From the NCBI RefSeq assembly GCF_009914755.1, contig NC_060929.1: 64,000 nucleotides of DNA; one strand, written 5' to 3'. A model generated the notes under the pieces. The model did not search any database and was not told where the DNA came from. It was given only the letters and a program-made list of their open reading frames with translations. Numbering within the stretch: the first letter of the stretch is position 1; every line of letters starts with the position of its first letter. A program made the position numbers and the translations under genes. This document shows positions 53,170 to 64,000 of the stretch, in pieces. This stretch comes from the human T2T-CHM13v2.0 reference genome, Homo sapiens.

Positions 53170-55193
53170 AAATCATTGTTGATTGTTTCCTTTGCTGTGC
53201 AGAAGCTTTTTAGCCTGGTTCAATGCCATTTGTCTATTCTTTCTTGGTTGCCTGTGCTTTAGAGGTCTTACACAAAATGTCATTGCTCAGCCTAATGTCC
53301 TGGAACACTTCCGCAAAGTTTTCATCTAATTGTTTCATAGTCATAGTTCCAGGTATTAGATTTAAACCTTTCATCCATTTTAATTTTATTTTTGTGTATG
53401 GTGAGATATAGGGGTTTATTTCATCCTTCTACATGTAATTACCCAGTTTTCCCAGCACCATTTATTAAACAGACTCTCCTTTTCCTATTGTATGCTCTTG
53501 GTGCTGTTGTTGAAGATGAGTTGGCTGTCAATGCATTGATTTATACCTGGGTTCTCTATTCTGTTTCATTGGTCTGTGTGTCTGTTTTCTTGCCAGTTCT
53601 ATGCTAATTTGGTTACTATAGCTTTTTTTTTTAATGTTTAATTTTTGTTTTAAGTTCCAGGGTACATGTGCAGAATATGCAGGTTTTTTATGTAGGTAAA
53701 TGTGTGCCACCGTGGTTTGCTTCACAGATCATCCCATCACCTAGGTATTAAGCCCAGCATGCATTAGCTATTCTTCCTGATGCTTTCCTTCCTGCAACAC
53801 CCCACCCCCAAAAGGCCAAGTATGTGTCCATGTGGTCTCATCATTCAGCTCATTCAGGTGAGAATATGTGGTGTTTGGTTTTCTGTCCCTGCGTTCATTT
53901 GCTGAGGATAACAGCTTCCAGCTCTGTCTATGTCCCTACAAAGGACATGATCTTGTTCCTTTTTATGGCTGCATAGTATTCCATGGTGTATATGTACAAC
54001 ATTTTCTTTATCCATTCTACCATTGATGGGCATTTTGATAGATTCCATGTCTTTAATATTGTGAATCGTTGGTTATTATATCTTTGCAGTAAATTTTGAA
54101 GTCAGGTAATGTGATGCCTCCAGCTTTTTTTGTTTTTTTCTTATTTTGCTTGGAATTGCTTTGGGTCTTCAGGGTCTTTCTGGTTTCATATAAATTTTAG
54201 CATTTGTCCTATTTCTGTGAAGAATGGCATTGGTCTTTTAATAAGGGTTGCATTAAATCTGTAAATTGCTTTGGATAGTATTGTCATTTTAGCAATATTA
54301 ATTCTTCCAATCCATGACATAGAATATCCTTATTAATGTTTTGTTCAATTACTTTAATCAGTTTTTTATAGTTATATTTGTATAAATCTATCAGTGTTGG
54401 TGCACAGATGTATATAATGGTTACATTTTCTTGCTGAATTGACCTTTTTATCATTATGTAGTAACCTTCTTTATCTCTTTTTACAATCTTTCATTTGTAG
54501 TCTATTTCCTCTAATATAAGTATAGTTACTCCCACTCTCTTTTAGTTTCCAGTTGCATGCAATATCTTTTTTCACCCCTTCACTTTCAGTCTATCTATAT
54601 CTTTAGAGGTGAAGTGGGTTTCTTATAGGCAGCATGTAGTTAGGTATTGTTTGTTTATCCATTCAGCCACCCTATGCCTTTTAATTGGAAAATTGAGTCC
54701 ATTTAAATCCAGTATTATTATTGATAAGTAGGGAATTGCTACTGCCATTATGTTGCTTATTTTCTGGTATTTTGAAACTCCTCTCTTCTTTTCTTCTTTT
54801 CTCACTCTCTTCTTTTGGGGTTAAGTGATTTTCTGTGGTAGTATGTTTTAATTTGCTGTTTTTTAATTTTTGTGAATCTATTATAGGTTTTTGCCTTATG
54901 GTTACTATGAGGTTTACAAAAAAATCTTGTAGATATAACAAGTTATTTTAAAGAGATGACAATTTATCTTAGATCACAAAGAATAGAGACAAACAAAAAA
55001 TGAAACTTCCACATTTTAACTTCATTTCTCTCTCATTTTGAATTTTAATTGACTTTACATATTTTTATATTACCTATCTCTTAACAGGTTTCTGTAGCTA
55101 TTATTGTTTTTGATAGATTTGCTTTTTGAGGCTTCATATTAGAGTTATAAGTGGATTGCACACTACAATTATAGTATCAGAGTATTCTGAGTT
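53170..55193 (-). mobile_element. Old L1 fragments with a nested L1PA 3' end (~53622-54068)
   Basis: L1 antisense motifs; the nested element is bounded by ttggttactata / ttggttattata; the old L1 appears to resume after the provirus at ~59541. Confidence 0.75.
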
Positions 55194-55749
55194 TGTGTCC
55201 GGGATTTATTCCTTCTGGTGGATTCGTGGTCTCGCTGACTTCAAGAATGAAGCCGCAGACCTCGCAGTGAGTGTTACAGCCCTTAAAGGTGGCATATCCA
55301 GAGTTTGTTCCTTCTGGTGGGTTCGTGGTCTCGCTGACTTCTGGAATGAAACCACAGACCCTTGTGGTGTTACAGCTCATAAAGGTAGTGTGGACCCAAA
55401 GAGTGAGCAGCAGCAAGATTTATTATGAAGAACGAAAGAATAAAGCTTCCACAGCATGGAAGGGGACCCAAGCAGGTTGCTGCTGCTGGCTCTGGTGGCC
55501 AGCTTTTATTCCCTTATTTGGCCCCACCCATGCCCTGCTGATTGGTCCATTTTACAGAGTGCTGATTGGTCCATTTTTACAGAATGCTGACTGGTGCATT
55601 TACAATCCTCTAGCTAGACAGAAGAGTTCTCCAAGTCCCCACCTGACCCAGAAACCCAGCTGGCTTCATCTGTCTATCCCCCCTCTAAATAGGACACCCT
55701 AACTGCTGTGGGAATTGTGCTATGACCACTTTAGCTACTTCCTGCTGGA

Positions 55750-56290
55750 TAGAGGGAAAGAAGGGGCCCTGCAGTGGTAGTGTCCTCCAGAGGGGAACTC
55801 TCTAGGCCAGCCAAAGGGCCAGTGAGTTGATCCAGGGGTCCTCAGTAGAAGTTGTTAGTTGAGCTCATTTAGGGTTCCATTTGTAAGACCTCTATGTCTT
55901 GATGGCATGGATCCTGGAGGAAACAAATTTGACAAGGAGGTTAAAAACACACAGCCCGAAGGTGAGTAATAGCAAGATGGCTGAAACAGGACCTAGAAAT
56001 GGGAGAAGCCACGTTGCCCAACTTCAGAGGTTGGTATAAGAGTTTGAAAGGCATTGTCTGATTTAAAAAGCCTTTTCCTGTAAATGCCGGGCAGCATTTT
56101 GTACTATCCCTGACTGGTTAGTGTAAAAACAACAGTCTTCCCCTAAGAAAGTGCTGAGTCCTCCTTTCTCAGCAGTGAGGAGGTCTAGGCCTCGGCGGTT
56201 TTGGAGAGTCACTGCTACCAGAGTCTATTTGGGATTGTAGAGTAAGGATAGATTTTGTTATTTTTTGCAAACTGTCTGAGAAATCCTTTG
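55750..56290 (-). pseudogene. env TM-subunit remnant with immunosuppressive domain
   Basis: Minus-strand translation at 56206-56156 gives [17 protein letters not shown], followed by [16 protein letters not shown] and an in-frame stop. Confidence 0.88.
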
Positions 56291-56914
56291 AGATTAATAG
56301 CAAAGAATAATTGAAATCCCAAACTTACAAAGTTTTCAACAAAACTACAGTTTGCTAAAAGTTAACAGTGTAACATGTATTATCCTACTACCACACACTA
56401 AGACCTTATTAACTTAGAATTGGTATAGATGGCTCCTTCCTGATTCTGTAAGTACTTTAAGGTTTGGCTGAGTGCAAACAACTGGCACATTTGAGCAGAC
56501 CAATTGTTAGGCAATTTTCCTAATTCTGCTTCTACAAGAGTTTCCTTATCACTTACTGAATACCCATTGTGTCTTTTTCCCTTAATCTCCCGGGAGGAAA
56601 CATCTATCATCCCGTCCTGAAGGGAGTACTTCCTAGGTCTGGTCAGACCTTTGTATGGTAATTAATTAAGATTTAGATCCCCTGTTAGGAAACCTGCTGG
56701 GTTAAGGATATTTTTATAGGAAAGCTACAGTTTTGATAGGAAGGCTATGGGTTGTCAGTGGCCTCAGTGTTTTTGGGCTACACCCTTGTTTACACTGACA
56801 ACAAGGTGGTTTGGAGTGTTATAGGGTTATGGAGAAGACCTTCAATTATAAATTATAGGTTTAAAATTTACCCTGGATTTTAAAGGAATAAGATACACTG
56901 TTTTTTCTTTACTG

Positions 56915-57110
56915 CTTCCATCTCTCTTTCTCTTTGACTTCTTCTTTGTCTCTCTCTTTCTCTCTTTCTGACTCCCTCTTTGTCTCTTCCTCTTTCTCTG
57001 ACTTTCTATCTCTCTCTTTCTCTCTCTCTCTGACTCCCTCTTTGTCTCTGTTTCCTCTTCTCTCTCCCTCTCTCTCTGACTTTCTGTCTCTCTCTTTCCT
57101 TTCTGCTGGT
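56915..57110. repeat. CT-rich simple repeat inside the provirus
   Basis: Repeated tctctctttc / ctgact units. Confidence 0.9.
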
Positions 57111-57572
57111 CTTTGCCTGCCTCTGCCAGCTGCTTATGCTGCTGCTCTCCCCTCTCCTTCCCCGTTTTGATGGCTTCAGCAGTGTAAGACTACCACCTCC
57201 TTGGGTTTTTGCACTGTGTGCAATAACTCCATGATTTCCTTGTGGTATTTAATGGGGCTCCCCCAGAGGTTAGGAACTCCCTTTCTTTCCATATTGCAGC
57301 ATGGGCATGTAGGATTAGATAAGCATACTTAACATCTGTAGCAAAGTCTCCCAATTAGAACTGAGGAGGTGGGAGAAATACCTGGTTACAGGCTGTCCCA
57401 AGATTCCTCGGATGGTAATGGACCTTGAGGACAGCTGTCTGGGACAGGAGATTAACACTGAGAAAGATGCACCAGTGTCCAGGAGGAAGTCAATTTCCTG
57501 GCCCTCAATAGATAAATGTACCTGAGGCTCAGTAAGGTTGATGACATGAGCTGGCGCTTGCCCTGGGCACCC

Positions 57573-59022
57573 TCAGTCCTGTTGTTGGATCATCTGGTTG
57601 GGGATTTCTGACCCAGAGAACCTTTGTCCTCTGGGGCAATGAGCCTTCCAGTGATAGCCTTGGCATAATGGACATGGGTGAGGGGGCGGCTTGTTTCTCA
57701 TTGGACAATCTTTTTTAAAGTGTCCTTGCAAACCACACTGATAACAAGCCCTAACAGGTGATTGGCCTGCTCCATTTTCTGTCCTGTCTGAACCACCAAG
57801 GTTTGTCTGAGGGCCATGACTAAGGCTGTGGCCTTTCTCCGATCTCACTTTTCCTTTTCAGCCTGTTCCTCTTGGTCCCTATTATAGAACACTAAGGTTG
57901 CCAGGTTTAATAATGCCTCCAGATTTTGTTCAGGGCTCAGAGCTCGCTTTTGGAGCTTTCTCCTGATATCTGCGGCTGATTGGGTAATAAACTTATCTTT
58001 TAGGGTCAATTGACCCTCGAGGGAGTCAGGTGACAGGGGAGTATATTTTCTTAGGGTCTCCTGTAGCCACTCAAGGAAAGCAGGATTTTCTTCCTTTCCC
58101 TGAGTTATGGTGGACTTCATTGAATAATTCATGGGCTTTTTTCTAATTCTCCTTAGTCCTTCTAGAACACAGATCAACAGATGTTTGTGACTCCAGTCCC
58201 AATGATGTGAGTCTAGGTCCCAGTGGGGATCCATACTGGGGATGGCTTGCTGACTGGTAGGGAATTTGTCCCTTTCTTCGTCTGTCACTCTATCATTTAC
58301 TTGACTAAGATACCAGGTATCTTCAAACTCTCAGGCTGCAGCTAAAGCCGCATTCTTTTCATTAAAGGCCAGGGTTTGATCTAATAGCATGACATCTCTC
58401 CAAGTGGGATTGAATGTTTGCCCTAGACCCTGTAGGACATCTATATACCTATCAGGATCATCTGAAAACTTCCCCAGGTCTGCCTTGATCTGCTTTAAAT
58501 CAGAGAGGGAGAAGAGGACATGTACCCAGGTTGGGCCAAATTCCCCACTCCCTACAGCTTAAAGAGGACATAACTGATAGCCTGGGGGTTTTTGTGCTCA
58601 CTTGGAGATTTCTTTCCTTGTTTCCTTCTGGGCAGGGATATTAGAGGAGGCTTATCATTAATAGGAAGGGGAGCTATAGGGAAGCTAGGATATGGGGGTA
58701 AGCTGACAGGTCCTCTTGTGGGATATAAATTAGAAGATTTGCATAGTTGTGGATTCTCCTTCAATGAAAAGAAAGCTTGGATATAAGATATTTCACTCCA
58801 TTTGCCTTCCCTTTTACAGAAAAGGTCAAGCTGCAGGATAGTATTGTAATTTGTACTTCCCTCAGGTGGCCATTTTTCCCCATCAGAGAGATGATATTGG
58901 GGCCAGGCCATATTGCCAAAAAAAATGAGCCACCTCTTTTTCAGGGTTTGCTGGTCAAATTGGTCCCAATGGCTTAGGATGCATTGCAAGGGTGGGCCTG
59001 TTGGTGTCTGAGTGTTTCCCAT
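57573..59022 (-). pseudogene. Disrupted gammaretrovirus-like gag (MA, CA, NC)
   Basis: Three frameshifted ORF pieces: MGNTQTPTG...[25 protein letters not shown] (major homology region) and a CCHC knuckle. Confidence 0.9.
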
Positions 59023-59034
59023 CACTTGGTGAAA

Positions 59035-59052
59035 GTCCCATCTGGGTCGGCA
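59035..59052 (-). promoter_or_regulatory. Primer binding site complementary to a tRNA-Arg 3' end
   Basis: + strand gtcccatctgggtcggca differs by one base from the 3' end of tRNA-Arg(CCG) as I recall it (GTCCCATCTGGGTCGCCA); lies 3 nt inside the 5' LTR boundary. Confidence 0.8.
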
Positions 59053-59764
59053 AGGTGTGTCCTGAGTTTATTCCTTCTAGTGGGTTCTTGGTCTCGCTGA
59101 CTTCAAGAATGAAGCCGCGGACCTCACAGTGAGTGTCACAGCTCTTAAAGGTGGTGTATCCAGAGTTATTCCTTCTGGTGGGTTCGTGTTCATGCTGACT
59201 TCAGGAATGAAGCCACAGACCCTTGCAGTGAGTGTTACAGCTCATACAGGTAGTGCGGACACAGTGAGCAGCAGCAAGATTTATTATGAAGAGCAAAAGA
59301 ACAAAGCTTGCACAGCATGGAAGGGAACTTGAGTGGGTTGCCACTGCTGGCTCGGGTGGCCAGCTTTTATTCCCTTATTTGGCCCTACCCATATCCTGCT
59401 GATTGGTCCATTTTACAGAGTGCTGATTGATCCATTTTTAGAGAATGCTGATTGGTGCATTTACAATCCTCTAGCTAGACAGAAAAGTTCTCCAAATCCC
59501 CACCCATCCCAGAAGCCCAGCTGGCTTCACCTCTCAAGTTTATTCATGAACGTAATTTTACCAACATGTTTTATACCATAATTTTGTTTTTGCACATTAA
59601 CCATTTTTACTTTCAGAAGGAAGAATTCCCCTTAGCATTTCTTGTAAGATGAATCAGGTAGTGGTGAATTCTCTCAGGTTTTCTTTGCCTGGAAAACATT
59701 TTATATCATCTTCATAATAAGTTTGCTAGATACACTATTCTTGAATGACAGCTTTGTTTGTTTT

Positions 59765-60123
59765 TAACTTTTATTTCACGTTTGAGAATACATGTGAAAC
59801 TCTTGTCATCAGAGTTTGTTGTACAGATTATTTCATCACTCAGGTATGAAGCCTAGTACCCAATAGTTATTTTTTCTGCCCCTTTCCCTCCTCCCACCCT
59901 CCACACTCCAATAGGCCCCAGAGTCTGTTGTTATCTTCTTTGTGTTCATGAGTTCTCATAATTTAGCTCCCACATATAAGTGAGAACAAGCAATATTTTG
60001 TTTTCTGTTCCTGTGTTAGTTTACTAAGGATAGTAGCTTCCAGCTCCATCCATCTTCCCACAAAAGACATGATCTCATTGTTTTTATGGCTGCATAGTAT
60101 CCCATGGTATACATGTAGCACAA
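59765..60123 (-). mobile_element. Older L1P 3' end, interrupted by the younger L1PA
   Basis: L1 3'UTR-like antisense sequence (gtacagattatttcatcac...ttatggctgcatagta). Confidence 0.7.

Positions 60124-64000
<3,877 letters not shown>

Larger units (their letters stand above)
55194..59536 (-). mobile_element. Internally deleted ERV9/LTR12-type provirus (5'LTR-PBS-gag-pro remnant-env TM remnant-PPT-3'LTR)
   Basis: Two ~480-bp LTRs (59056-59536, 55194-55675); 4-bp TSD AGTT (55190-55193, 59537-59540); gag fragments including the zinc knuckle CYQCGLQGHFKKDC; PPT TTTAGAGGGGGGAT near 55676-55689. Confidence 0.93.

Noticed and set aside
56064-56290. env remnant as a syncytin-like functional gene
   Set aside because: The SU region is missing, the first Cys of the CX6CC motif reads Ser, and a stop follows shortly after the immunosuppressive domain.

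Overview
Primate (most likely human) genomic DNA containing the complete embigin gene (EMB) on the minus strand. I assembled nine coding exons by hand (48298 down to 6410; all GT-AG introns; 984 nt) into an intact 327-aa Ig-superfamily type I membrane protein, with a CpG-island promoter and a ~3 kb 3'UTR. The rest is typical repeat content (Alu, L1, MIR, L2, MER20, MER5, solo LTRs) plus a 4.3 kb two-LTR ERV9/LTR12-type provirus upstream of the gene in the same orientation. The most unusual signals are local, templated rearrangements. (1) A 1.76 kb piece of intron 1 has been copied to the far side of the promoter with twin-priming geometry and a 10-bp target-site duplication, so exon 1 and the promoter are bracketed by both inverted and direct near-identical repeats. 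(2) A decayed copy of the transmembrane-encoding exon sits in intron 7. (3) Several other short local copies and perfect hairpins occur. (4) The provirus appears to lack its pre-gag leader. Gene and repeat identities come from recognition, not database searches, and repeat boundaries are approximate unless a TSD is given.
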